From Callorhinchus milii (taxonomy: Eukaryota), in the NCBI RefSeq assembly GCF_018977255.1, contig NW_024704742.1:96846001-96910000 (forward strand): 64,000 bases of DNA, in the 5' to 3' direction. The notes beneath the pieces were generated by a model that did no database searches, was not told the origin of the DNA, and was given only the letters and a program-made list of their open reading frames with translations. The position numbers and the translations under genes are program-made. Positions 1 through 12,951 of this stretch are shown here, piece by piece. Every line of letters starts with the position of its first letter. Positions within the stretch are counted from its first letter, which is position 1.

Positions 1-150
1 AAACCCACTTTGAGACCCCTCCCTTTGACAATGCTTTTGGCCGCCTTTCCCCCTCCACTCCCACCACGTCTCCGACTCTTAGTCATTTGTATGGAGCATT
101 TTGAGGCATCCTTCTGACATGAAAAGCACCATATAAATGTTAATTGTTGT
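1..150 (+). mobile_element. L2 LINE 3' end fragment
   Basis: Degenerate copy of the L2 3' UTR and tail seen elsewhere (...gacatgaaaagcaccatataaatg...ttgttgt). Confidence 0.65.
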
Positions 151-949
151 ATACTTAGCTTTATGTGGCTAATAACTACCACACTAGGCGTAACTCACTG
201 GCTGGATTGACACAGTCTAACATATAATTATAATTCTTCAAACAGTAGATATTACACTAGAGACCAGTGATTCAAGGACCAAAGTAACTACCTGCTTTGT
301 TTGCAGGCTAAATTCCAATAAGCACTCTTTGCAAATATGAGAAGAGTAATATACAATTTTAAAAAGTCCTTGATGCGTTCAAATAACAGTTTTGTAATTC
401 ATCAACAGAATCTCCAATTGCTACACCCAATATTACACTAACTGTGAGGAAATGACCAACATCTTGCAAGGCCCTTTCATGTGGCAGAAAGCTATGACTA
501 GGAAGTCAACTATGAAAATAAATTGTGAGCCAGTCTAGGCTTGTTGAATGTACATACGAGAAGGCAACATACACGGTAATAGGCTCAAAAGGAGAGTTAC
601 TATATGCTGCTAAAATTGGTATCCAGATTTGGAAATAAGTTGGCAGTGGAAGGTATTCAATCAAGCTGAAGCCAGATAAATTAAATCTTGACAAACTTGT
701 TCAGCTCTTGGATAGATGTCCCATTACGCTACCACTCATCATAGTTTAGCCCATTCATTTCATGTATCCATCTAGTAAATTAAGGCTGAACACACGGCAA
801 CACTAGTATATCCTGCCTCAAACATTATAAAATTGAACACAAATTTGGTCTGGTAAACATTCCATACAATTGCAACAACAATTTTTAGATTTCAGAGCTT
901 TGATTACAAAGCTTAGCATTCCATTAGCCCTATTAATAATACTAATCTT

Positions 950-1356
950 TGCATTTGGTATAATGCGTTATCAGATCATCAAATATCAAAGTACTTCACA
1001 GGATTTTACGTGATTGTGTAATTTTGTAGGTGAACATTGCAATAAATTTGCAAACAACAATGCCCCGTAAACAGCCATGGAGCGAACCATCATTTTTTTC
1101 TGGGAGTTTGTTGGTTAGGACACCAGAAAACTCTTCTTTTCAAATAGTGGCTTGGGGATATTTAACATCTGCCGGCACAGATAGAACTCAGGGTAACCTC
1201 TCATCTGAAGAACAGCACCTCCAACAATGAGGGCAACCAAATCACTGTATTGGAGCGTCAGTCTAGTCTATGAGAGCACAAAGTCCCTGTGTGGGAATTG
1301 AACCCACAATCTTCTGATTCAAAGCCGAAAGTGCTACCAACTGCGACAAGCTGACC
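950..1356 (-). mobile_element. Deu-domain tRNA-derived SINE (old)
   Basis: Reverse complement gives a tRNA-like head (cagttggtagcac...ttgtgggttcaa), a Deu-like core and an L2-like tail. Confidence 0.7.
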
Positions 1357-1359
1357 CCT

Positions 1360-4070
1360 GGATCCTCGCCTTCAAGGCCCTCCACGACCTTGCCCCTTCC
1401 TATCTCTGTGACCTGTTAATCCCATATTAACCTGTCTGTTTCCTCCATTCAGCAGATCCAGCCTGCTCCACGTCCCGGTGGTGTGGCCTTCATATCCAGG
1501 GTGTAGCTTGCCCTATCACCCTACTCCACTGGCTCATTCCCCTCTTTCGAACACCTTACCCTCCACCATCCCTCCCACCTCTTACTTTACCGCCCCCCAA
1601 AATCCTCCCCCACCTTCATCTCTGACATCTCCACCCTCCTTGTTTCTCTCTGCCTCTGTTCCGACCGCCTCATCATCCCAGGTGACTTCAACCTCCACTT
1701 CACCCCCTCCTGCTCCACCTCCTCAGAATTCTCTCTCCTCTCTCAACCTCTCCCTCCACATCCACTTTGCTACCCACACCCATGGTCACCCTCTCAACCT
1801 GGTGATCACCCAGGGCCTCAGCGTCTCGGATGTCGCCATCATTGACAAGGCCATTCCTGACCACCATTTCATCTCCCTCAACTCCCATATCCCTCTTCCC
1901 ACTCCTCCAAACCTACCACCATCTTCTACCGCCCATGGAAGAAGATCTCCTCGCAGTCCCTCTCCACTGACCTGGAGTCCTCTGATCTCCTCTCCCTCTG
2001 GGGCATCTCTCGCACTAATCCAATCACCTCGCTTGGTTCAAATCTGGCCGAATGGTCCACCGCCACATCTGGCTGGACCTTATCAAGAACTACCGCTCCG
2101 CTCTCGCCTCGGCCAAATCATCCTTTAATTCCAGGTTAATCCTGGAGGCGAAGGGCAATCCCAGGCTTCTGTTCTCCACCACTAACCGGCTCCTCCGCCC
2201 TCCCCGACACGCCTCGCAGATTCTTTCTTCTGACTCCCACTGTGAGAAAATGCTGGACTTCCTCGAGTCCAAAATTGAGGAAATCCACTCAGCTGCCACT
2301 ACCCTCCAAACTTCCATCCCCTCCCTACCCCCAACCCACACAATTACCCATCCGACAATTACCCATCCCTCCTTCCACACCTTTGAACCTGTCACCCCCT
2401 CCTCTGTCTACACCACCATAACCTCCATGACGCCCACCACCTGCTCCCTGGACCCCATCCCCACCTCTCTCCTTAAATCCCAGCTCCACCTCCTTGCCCC
2501 ACTATTCGCCGACATCATTAACCTCTCCCTGTCATCTGGCACTGTTACTTCCTTCTCAAAACAGCCACTATTACCCCCACCTGAAAGAAACATTCCCTTG
2601 ACCCATCACAGCTATCTCGCTACCGGCCCATCTCAAATCTCCCCTTCCTATCCAAGGTGCTTGAGAGAGCAGTTGCCTCCCAGTTTCGCTCTTTCCTCTC
2701 CTCTCACTCCTCCATGAACCCCTCCAATCGGGTTTCCGTGCTGCCCACAGCATGGACACTTCGCTGGTCAAGGTCACAAACGACATCCTGACCATGTATG
2801 ACCAGGGCTCCCTCTGCCTCCTCGACCTCTCCGCCGTCTTTGACACTGTGGACCACTCAATCCTCCTCCACCGCCTCTCCTCCCACCTCAATCTTCAAGG
2901 TTCTGTCCTTGACTGGTTCAGGTCCTACCTTTCACACCGCCTCCACTTGTTTGCAGCAAACGGCTTCTCCTCCAGCCCCGCACCGTCTAGTGCAACGTTT
3001 CTCAGGGCTCTGTCCTCGGTCCCCGCCTCTTCACCCTCTACATGCTCCCCCTTGGTGACATCATCCGCAGACATCGGGTAAATTTCCACATGTATGTGGA
3101 TGACACCCAACTCTGCCTCTCTGCCTCCATCCTCAACTCCAGGACTACTGGTGTCCTGACCAACTGACTGTCCGACATCAAGTCCTGGACGAGGGATAAC
3201 TTTCTCCAACTCAGCGTCAGCAAGACCGAGGCCCTCCTGATTGGTTCACGCTAGCGCCTCCGGACCTTGGTCGCTGACAGCATCAGCCTCCACGGCTGCA
3301 CACTCAACCTCACTAAGCCAGTCAGGAACCTGGGTGTCTTGTTTGACCCTAAACTGTCCTTTCTCCCTCACATCCGCGCCATGACCGGCACTGCCTACCA
3401 CCACCTCTGCAACATTGCCAGACTCCACCATTGCCTCACCCCTCAGGCTGCCCAAAACCCTCACCCACACATTCATCACATCAAGGCTCGATTACGGGAA
3501 CTCCCTCCTCATCGGCCTTCCCAACTCTTCCCTTCACAAGCTGCTGATCATCCCAAACTCTGCAGCTCGTGTACTCTCACGCACCAGGCTCCATGACCTC
3601 ATCACCTCCACCCTTGCTCGACTCCACTGGCTCCCCATCCCCAGAGGATTGAGTTCAAGATCCTCGTCGGCACCTTTAAGGCCACCCATGGCCTTGCCCC
3701 CTCCTACCTCTCTGACCTGTTGCCTCCCTAGCAACCTGTCCGCTCCCTCCGTTCAGCAGACTCCGGCCTGCTCCATGTCTCCCGTCCAACCCGCCCTACC
3801 ATCTGTGGCCGGGCTTTCAGCCTCTCTGCCCTCCACTCTGGAACTCCATCCCGCAGCCCCTTCGCCTCGCTTCCTCCCTTGCCTCCTTCAAGGCCGGTCT
3901 CAAGACCCTTCTCTTCAATCGTGCCTTTGGTTGCCCTCCCACCTCTCTGCCTTCCCTCACCCCTACACCACCCCTCCCCCATGCTCAGACCCCGACACCT
4001 GAATATTCAGCGCTTTGAGACGTCCTCCCGACGTGAAGTACTTATAAATGTAATGTTGTTGTTGTTGTTC
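1360..4070 (+). mobile_element. Degraded L2 LINE (endonuclease remnant, RT and 3' tail), preceded by a short L2 3' fragment
   Basis: Frameshifted ORF2 pieces ([39 protein letters not shown]). Ends in the gacgtcctcccgacgtgaa hairpin and (TTG)n. Confidence 0.93.
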
Positions 4071-4119
4071 CCCACCCGACCCATCATCGGTGGTCGGGCC
4101 TTCAGCTTCCCTAGTGTCC

Positions 4120-4398
4120 CAAACAGCCAAGAAGTGAATGGCCAATTTTATTTGTAGCCAGGGCACTGGGGAAGAGAAACTCCCTCATCTTCAAAAATAG
4201 TACCATGGGATCTTAAAGTCCACCTGAACAGCAGACACGGCCGCAGTTTAACATTTCAGCCGAAGGACAGCACCTGCAACAACCCTCAGGAACTGCATTG
4301 TGCGTTATCTTAGATTACGAGTTCCAAGTCCTAATGTGGGGCTTGAACTTACAACCTTCTGACTCAAAAGATGAGTGCTCCCAACTAATCCAGGCTAA
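4120..4398 (-). mobile_element. Deu-domain SINE (old)
   Basis: Reverse of the tRNA head (gtcagaaggttgtaagttcaagccccac) and the core aagatcccatggtactattt. Confidence 0.7.
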
Positions 4399-5950
4399 GA
4401 GTTATTAAATAAAGGCCCAAATTAAATTGGGTTTAGAAATTCTGGAGGTATTTACTAATGTATCTCAAATAGGTCTAAAATACAATTTGTGGAGGCAACA
4501 GCAAGCTAAATTATGGAATCTATGGTCCACCGGGTGAACTGGCTTCCATTTTAAGTCAGGGATGAAATGCATTGGCCACCTAATCCCATGAACCAAAAAT
4601 ATACTGTAGTTTAGGTATTGCTGGTTTATACATACCTTCCTTGTAGATCAAAATATGTCACATCCAGAATAAAAATCGCAGCTTAGAAAGGATTATACAG
4701 TTGCACATTGCTATAAGTGAAGTTGGGTTTCATGCGTTTACTCCCAACTTCAGTACTCCATATTGTGATGTAAATGCTGTCTTAGCGCCAGCCACCTCAG
4801 GGTCTTTAGACCCTGTATTATAAAGTGGTTTTGATGTACTAGTTTCCTGCAATATTATTAACTCACTTGTGATCTAAAGAAATGTACAAAAATTTCAAAC
4901 TGAAATATATTTAAAACATTCACAAATATGAAGATTGGTGAATTTACTGTAAGTATCTATTCAAAACCTGCATGTCAAAAATCAACATTTACTTCACCGA
5001 CTACCAATTCAAAATCAAGGAGAAATTTAGCAAAATGTTTTGACTTATGAAATTTGTGTGTGTAACAGACAAGACTAGCAAAAATTAATTTGGAATTGTA
5101 CAAATGTAGCTTTCAATTCTTTTTGATAAAGCGCAGATTAATGGAACAAACAGCAGCCTGGATTACATCAAATTCATAATATATAAGTAGGTAATAGCAC
5201 ATTTAATACAAAACTGCATTAGTGTAATTCACAGATTCTGATGAATGTGTAAAATAATGCTTAAAGAAATAATTTAAAAAATATAATGCATTACTTGTAC
5301 AGTACAATTTCAAGGCAGAAGGGCCAATTTTCTGTGTTTTTTTTAAAAGAATAGATGATTCATATCTTTGACTAGAAGGCAAATTGACCCATGGGTTACA
5401 CAAATTCCCAAGAATATATTACAATGGTAGATTCTGAACATACTACTACACATGCAAAGGGCAATTGTTTATGATCAGAAATCCTGAAAAATTGATAACA
5501 CGGACTAAAATATATTTGTTAAATGTTTGGAGGGATAAAGAGAAAGGAAGGGTAAAGGAAGATACTGTGTGCTCTATAATTGGTCTTCTGTTACTTAATT
5601 GTTTACATCAATAGTAAAAAAAATTTCACAAGTGAATACTATTGTGCGTCAGTCCTAGACAATTAAATCTTCAGTGATCAACGAAGGTGCCTTTTCTCAT
5701 GAAAGCAACAACCCATACGTGTAATCCACTGCTCAATGTAATCTGTTTTGAAGTTCCCTCTCCCTCCAAATTTGAGCAGATAGTTTCAACTTTCAGATTG
5801 AGAAACATTTCATAATACATGTATCTATTTGCATACACTATTTATAATCAGTATTTTGCTTATTTTATCCTCCTTTTTTGGGAGTAAAGGAGGCATGATT
5901 GCAAGCTTATTTTGTTGATCTCATCAACAAATGTATGAAATTTCCTTCTA

Positions 5951-6286
5951 TTATAACTCTTCTTGACTATCTGTGCCAGCGTCGAACTGGCCCTTTACCG
6001 AATGGGTTGGGCATATTCCCGAATGATGAGAAGCTAGTTGCTTTTGGGGTAGTCCATTTTTTCCTGAGGTAGGCTGCTTCCTTGTTCTATCACTGTGGTT
6101 TCCTGGTCCATTTGAACATGAAGATCTAGCAGCAACTTCATCCCCACAGCTGGAGTGGCTTGAATGCAGATTAACGAATCTCGAATCAACCGACTCATTG
6201 GCAAACTGAACACATCCATTTTTGGAACACTTGGGGATCACTGCCGATGCACCTTCTTTAAAACAGACTTGATTTTCACTGTTAAG
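5951..6286 (-). CDS. CEP78: CEP78 probable terminal coding exon 15 (poorly conserved tail, TAA at 5953-5951)
   Basis: Strong TTTTTTCTTTAG acceptor, then an open phase-0 frame LNSENQVCFKEGASAVIPKCS...TDSQEEL*. May instead use an internal donor at 5998 (see findings). Confidence 0.7.
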   Translation of the reverse strand, partial: LNSENQVCFKEGASAVIPKCSKNGCVQFANESVDSRFVNLHSSHSSCGDEVAARSSCSNGPGNHSDRTRKQPTSGKNGLPQKQLASHHSGICPTHSVKGQFDAGTDSQEEL

Positions 6287-7639
6287 CTAAAGAAAAAATG
6301 GCATGAATAAATTAATTGCGATCAAGAAGAGTTTTCACCATAGAATATTTGCAAAATATTAAAGATAACGTTAATTATTTTGTATTGTAGTTCTTCAAAC
6401 TATACATGCTCATCTAGATAACCATAATTTAATAATGTGTTGACAAACAATTGTTCTTATTTTTATTAATTATAATGTAAATTAAAATAAATATATTTAA
6501 ATATATAAATATAATAGATTATTATATTACAATATTATATTATTATTAGTGCAAAGTAATTATGGGAAGTTTAACCCAGTTACAATATGAGTATGAGGCT
6601 CAATCGTCGTTGACAATCATGCTATTGAAACATAATGGGGAAAGGCATATAGGTTATGTGCTCTACAGAAATCAATAGGCCGTTAACAGTCACTGTGTTG
6701 CTGTCTGCTAGCAGAATCCAGCAGATAGAAGTAGAAATAATTATAATTAGTTTATAAATTAATTTAACTTAATATTTGGATATCAAAAGATCACTTTCAG
6801 ATAAACAAGAGTATCCATTTTGAAATTACTCAATAAATCACCAACATTACATTGAATATCCAAACTGAAGCAACTTGACAACATTCAACACATATCCATC
6901 ATTTTCTGATTATCAAACTGGAACAGTTTATGAGCTATTTCCCTTTTTTTCCTGTAAGATTTCAGGGTATGTGGGAGAAATGACTGGTCATTGGAAGCGC
7001 ACTTACTCAAATAATTTGTAGTGCAGAAAAATTGAGCTGTGCATCTGAACAACCTGTTGTCAGGTGAACAACCTGTTGGCTACATATAAAAAATATATGA
7101 TTTGAGTTTACCCGGTAGACAGACTAAACAGGCCTGTAGCCTGTACCATCATCTAGTAGAGACCTAGAGAATGGCTATCCTATACAGCAGACTCGTTCCA
7201 ATTCGAACTGTGCCCACTTGGGTAAGCACAACAACACGAAGGACAACAACAATGGAGTTATAAAATTAATTTCAAATGTTTCTGCTGCTACACTACTATG
7301 GTAAAGTTTGTGTGGGTAGTAACAGGTATCACTGACTTTGCACATTCTTGCGGTTGCTTACAAAGCTTAAAATAAATACTATGGTCTATCATAGAAAATC
7401 TTCCAAGGTGAATTCACAAGTAAGCAATATATCAATGCCTAAATAAAACACTGAAACAGATTTCATATCATGTATGATATCTATTTAACAAGTAAAAGTG
7501 AAACAAGTGCTCAAATAAGCTCTCCGTGATGTTCTACCAACATAATTGATTTAGAAAATGAATCAATATTCAGATAAGATTAATTACTACTGAATAATTA
7601 AATGACAAAGAATAAAAAGTTATCTGCAAAACAAAATAT

Positions 7640-7913
7640 AATAATAACGCTTTTCACATCTTCTAGACGTCTAAAAGCCCTTCACAGAATATACTGTACA
7701 GTGAATTGACTGTATATTTTGTGGGCGAATCGTGGCAATCAATTGTGCACAGAAGTGTCCCACAAACAGTCGTGGATTCAGTGACCAACTTGTTATTGTT
7801 TTTTTTCTTAGGGATTATTATCAGGCATGTGGAGTAAGGAAACTTGCCCAAGTTTTGCCCTGTTGGGAATCGCTTGTGAGGCGAGTGCTCTAACCACTGA
7901 GCTACAGGACTCC
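7640..7913 (-). mobile_element. tRNA-derived SINE with L2-type tail (young family)
   Basis: Starts GGAGTCCTGTAGCTCAGTGGTTAGAGCACTCGCCTC (A box). Same family as 30604 and 33637. Confidence 0.85.
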
Positions 7914-8009
7914 TGTATGTCTAATGTGATCAAATATGGGTGAAAGAATGACAAATTAATTAATTTTTTATAAAAAGTGCATGTCAAAAAAAATCTATAT
8001 TTTGCTCAC

Positions 8010-8160
8010 CCTGTCCATCTGTGTTCTTAGTGGCCATACATCTCCAGTTGAAACATCTTGTTCTTTCTGATCCTTGCCACCGGTAGATGAAAACTGAGGT
8101 CGTCCCACAAGTCCAAAATCTGATTGGTCTATTCCTGCTATGGTGGCCAATTGTCCAAGG
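8010..8160 (-). CDS. CEP78: CEP78 coding exon 14 (151 nt)
   Basis: LGQLATIAGIDQSDFGLVGRPQFSST... GCAG acceptor, GTGAGC donor. Confidence 0.94.
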
Positions 8161-8409
8161 CTGCAAATACACAAAATAGTGTTGGGACAAAAAAGAACAC
8201 AACCGTTCTATAGACACAACCGTACTATAGAAAATAATCTAAATCGTACATCAAACAACTATTTGATGTACATCTCATTGTTTGAAACTGTAGTTTGGCA
8301 GGTTAACATCTAAAATAATTAAAAATATGATCAAAACTTCTAGTAAAACTAGTGTGATTTTAAAGCACTGTATTGATCAGTATTGTGAGCATTGGATTGA
8401 TGACGTGGT

Positions 8410-8630
8410 CTTAGGGTTTAAAGATAGAGAATAAGCAAGACAAAGTTGTAAGGGAGCGAGTTCGAGAGCTTAGTGGTGCAGTAGCTGAAAGCTCAGCCAC
8501 CAATGTTGGCGACAGGCCCAAGTTAGATAGGTGGAGGAAATGAGCAGAAAACAGGAGTGAGCAGTCACATAGATAGGAAGGTGCTAGGGCATGAAGGGAT
8601 TTATAGGTGAAGCGGAGGTCACTGAAATCA
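8410..8630 (-). mobile_element. Old L2 3' fragment
   Basis: FTYKSLHALAPSYLCD-type ORF2 C-terminal remnant. Confidence 0.65.
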
Positions 8631-8787
8631 ATTAATTGCATAATTATATATACAATACCGTAATTTTTTCTTTATACATGATTAACACAACTGCAAATTA
8701 GAACTCGCTACTTGTCATATAACTTAAACCACATATGAGACCATTTTAAACAACAAAACATAGAAAATGAACTTTGATGCAACATAC

Positions 8788-8954
8788 CCAGCATCTTTTA
8801 AGAGATCTAAAAATGCATGAAATTTCTGGAAAGAGGCTTCGATGCTTTCCAGCACGCCTTCATCTTCAAGAATGGTATTTGTCACTGACTGTGTTTGGAG
8901 AGTCTCAGACATAGAAAGGTTGATGTTTCTCAGACGAGTATTCTCAATTTCAAG
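8788..8954 (-). CDS. CEP78: CEP78 coding exon 13 (167 nt)
   Basis: [56 protein letters not shown], with the conserved [20 protein letters not shown] acceptor, GTATGT donor. Confidence 0.97.
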
Positions 8955-9739
8955 CTATGAAAGGCAAACAAAGAAAAAATGAACTAAATTTGAAAATAAA
9001 CATACCTACTATGATAATATTTTCCAATTCATCTCTTGAGTATATCGAAAAAATTTACTAATTTTTATTTCTTGATTAGGGGTTAGCTTTTAAGGAAATC
9101 TTATACCATACAAACTCAATCTGCAGATCACTTAAAATTTCTCAATTATGAATTTTTCACGTCTATAATGTAGCAACATTACAGTATTTTCTCTAAAGAC
9201 AAAACTAAATTGCTAGAACATTGAGGGAATAAGTCAAGTTGTACTCAAATTGCATAAATTAATTCAAATTAGGAAAAAACAAAAATATCAGTAGAAACAA
9301 ATCACATTTCAGTGTTATGATAGCAATTAATTTAATTAATGTTCGACTGTTCACATTGGATGATGATGCACCAGTCAAATTGGGCTTCAATAGATACTGG
9401 GTTTGTTTTTTATTTGTGGAATTGTGTGCAAAGTATGCAGGGGTGCAATTTTAATGGAGCATCACTGAACCAACAGTGTAAGCAAAAACAAGATGCTGGA
9501 ATATACAGGTTAGAGAAAGAGAGAGAAAATGTGAAAGAAATACACAGATAGAAACCCATTTTCTACACTTTCATAGTCACCCAGGGTTCATCCCGATTGT
9601 TCAGTAGAAAGTACTGTACTTTTAGTTTCAGGGTTCAATTACTGGTATATCAATTGGTTCAACTAAAATGAAACTTTCCAGTTCCATAGCTGTAGATTCT
9701 ATGTAATATAAATGTCATAAAAATTAAGAAGGAAAATAC

Positions 9740-9817
9740 CTCCATGAATTTAGCATCAGCCCTTGTTCGTGCTCTCTTCTGTTCCTCTAGCCTCAACCGA
9801 CATTCCTCCAGTTCCAT
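9740..9817 (-). CDS. CEP78: CEP78 coding exon 12 (78 nt, coiled coil)
   Basis: MELEECRLRLEEQKRARTRADAKFME. ACAG acceptor, GTATTT donor. Confidence 0.92.
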
Positions 9818-10369
9818 CTGTTGCAAAAATAAGAAACACAAATTGGTTCTAACTAATGTGTTTTGGATTGATTATAACCATTGTGAACAAAAATTATTAT
9901 TGCGGTGTCTTGGATTTCTAGATTGGTTTAAAGATCAATGGATGACTCAATTATTTAAATGTTTTGGTCATACAATTATAATATTGTCAAAATAAGATTA
10001 AAGTAAACTTAAAATACTTTCAACATTCCTATACGCAAAACATACTGTTTTACCCATTTTACCCAAAAAATGTAATCAGTAATCATAACTGACAAAGAGA
10101 GAAACAAACATTGATCAATATTCAAACAAAAACTGAGGATCGACACCACCTTACTAATTATTACAACAATGATAATCTAATCACTAATATTTGAAGACAA
10201 CTTTTTTTAAAAATGCGGTGAAATTGTAATTTGAATGAATTACTATTTACTCACTTTACAACATTTTCAGTTTCAATTTCATTGGAAATGTTACTTAGAT
10301 GCAAGCAAAATGCTAACTTTTAAAGCTTTAAAGGAAGTCTCACATGTAGAACCATTAATAGTTAAATAC

Positions 10370-10513
10370 CTTTAATCGTTTATACTGCTTTACTGTAATT
10401 GATTCCGATGACTCTCCACCAGTCATTTCCACTGGTGGTTTTCTAGTTAAGATGGACTCTTCAGTTTCTGAAGATGATGCACTCTCCAGGGTTACCTTCA
10501 CATGGCTGCCAGC
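10370..10513 (-). CDS. CEP78: CEP78 coding exon 11 (144 nt)
   Basis: AGSHVKVTLESASSSETEESILTRKPPVEMTGGESSESITVKQYKRLK (compare VTVTVESPSSSEVEE). GCAG acceptor, GTATTT donor. Confidence 0.88.
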
Positions 10514-12079
10514 CTGCACTCAATCAGAACTGACAAATCAACCCAGCATTCATCTTACTGCACTAATTATAAAGTATCACTGGAGTACAAGTAACAATGA
10601 GGACAACCCTAATGAAGGTATTCAATTTTTAATCTTAGCTAATTGCACTTAAATCAATAAAAGGAGATTTTTATCCCATCAATAAGAGTGAACTTGAAAT
10701 CAATCCTCCGAGAGTGGTTAGCGAAAGGAAAGTGGTTGTCTCCTCGGAGCTGAGCTCCAAGGTGACATACTTGCAAACGGAGTATTGGAATCAAATCAAC
10801 CCTCGTAGTGGACTCGGTAGTCCGGTTCCTGACCTAGGTGGATCTGCAGGGTACAACTGATGACAGCTGGTTCATCGATAGGATTTGGAGGGGCAGCTAT
10901 GTCACTGGGGACACGGTTTCTTCCCATTCAGCCCTTGTTAACCCTGCAAGTCAAAGCCTTAATGGGTAGAGTGGTATCCAATCTTCTGTATTTGATGCAG
11001 TTGTGATTTCAGTAAATGGCTATTTCCTTAATTTCTCTGGACAAAAGTCAAACATCACGACGATTCCACTTGTAAAGCAGGCAGCAAGGACCTTCAATAA
11101 AGCAGAGCCAAAATGTCTAACGCTGCTAAATGAACTTGTAAATGTCAAATCTCAAATTCTAATGTAAAATTTAGCTACGATGACTATTATATTCTAATCA
11201 TTACTGATTTACTGTAAAATGAAACATCTTCAAGTCATTTGGGAAATTCCTGCATACTTTAGTTGTATCAATAATGTGGGAGATCAGCAACACTACAGAT
11301 AACAAAATTATACTGTATCAACTGTTTACCAGAAAAGCACTTGTACAAGACTTTGATGTGTAAATTTCAGTCTCCTCTAGAAAGATATCAATTTTATTTT
11401 AAAAATCACAATTATTAGCATCCTACATTTCCTGTATTACAAGTCATGATTTTAAAGCGATTTAAGATGATGCAACATTTGTTTCTTCTACATGAACAAA
11501 GAAACAATAGTCAGAACATCAAGCTTCCTGTACTTTTAGCTATTTCCATCTCTCCTCATTCCACAACATTCCCACAGTCAAACAACTGATTGTCTCGCAA
11601 TTAACCAGTCATCCAGAAGATATGATGACTAAACCATTCTACATGTTAGTCCTGCATTGTAACACATCTGATAGACAGCAGGAGCATTTGTATCAATAAA
11701 TTGCATTATTGATGCCTCATATTCTAAAACAGTTTCAATGCAACACTGAATTGCCATACCGCCTTGCTCCAATTAAAAACAGCCTAATGAATCAAAAAGC
11801 GTTTGATACGTTCGCCTACAAACTACATAGTCACTCCACTCTACAATAATCTTGTAAAAAACTCAGCTCAGACATTTCAGAAAGGAATAAGGCTTCATAT
11901 CAAATGCAAGGATTATTATTTTTAAAAAACTGGAAGAAATTTAGTTCCTTATTATTATACTTTAAAAGGTTTAAAATGCAAATTTTATTTCAAAATTAGT
12001 GGTGATACCATTGTAACTTCAATCTTCAATGAATATAATTAACAGAATGATTTTTATATCCATGTTATTCAACAACAAA

Positions 12080-12440
12080 CAACTTCATTTATTTTGTGCA
12101 AATAATATCCAGGAGCCCTGTACAGTGGTGGGTTTAGACACTGAGCAAACGAGAAGGATAGGTGACCATAAACATGTAAACAGGTAAATCTTAAAGTGGG
12201 ATTTCAAGATAAAGAGGGGGCAAGGTGGAGGGACTGAAGCAGGAGTTCCTGAGGTTAGGAGCGAGGTAGCTGATGGCACGGCCTCTGATGGTGGCACGGA
12301 GAAGTGGGGTGACACACAGCAGGCCTATGCTAGTTGATCTAAGGCGGTGGGTAGAGGAGTAGAGCATGAGCAGGTCAGAGAGCTTGGGAGGTACTAGGTT
12401 ATAAAGGGCTGTGTAAGCAAGGGTAGGAATCTTGAGATTT
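12080..12440 (-). mobile_element. Old L2 3' fragment
   Basis: Similar to the 3' part of the younger L2 copies (LKSHFKIYLF). Confidence 0.6.
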
Positions 12441-12712
12441 CTTTTGGATTAAAGGTTGCATGCCAAATTAACCACTCTTTAGAAAAATAATCTTATTACG
12501 ATGCTTGTAAAAAAAATTATTGTTTTTCTTCTTCCATTCTCCCTGTCTCTACTTCCCTTCTCACTTTCTCTTTAATTTGTGAGCTTTGATCTCTAATTTT
12601 ACACGGCTGCACCGGGGCCATTTAAAGTAATGAGCAGCCAGCAAGCAACAGAACAGTAATTTCATAAGCCATACGTGGCCTGGAAAATTTAGAAAAACTT
12701 GGATTAATAGGA

Positions 12713-12951
12713 ACAAAACACAAAATACTGCAGATGCTGGAAATCTGAAAACAAAAACAGAAATCGCTGAGAACATTCAGCAGGTCAGGCAGCATCTATG
12801 GAGAAAGGAAAGTGAGTCAACATTTCGGGTCCACGACCCTTTGTTAGAACTGGGTCGTGGGTCGTGGACCTGAAACGTTGATTAACTTTCCTTTCTCCAC
12901 AGATGCTGTCTGACCTGCTGTATGTTCCTAGCGACTTCTGTTTTTGTTTTA
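12713..12951. mobile_element. Palindromic Penelope-like element remnant with 12-bp TSD
   Basis: About 92-bp inverted arms (12748-12839 and 12859-12950), flanked by GGATTAATAGGA at 12701-12712 and 12952-12963. Hammerhead-like GGGTC gtg GACCC GAAA at the centre. Confidence 0.75.
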
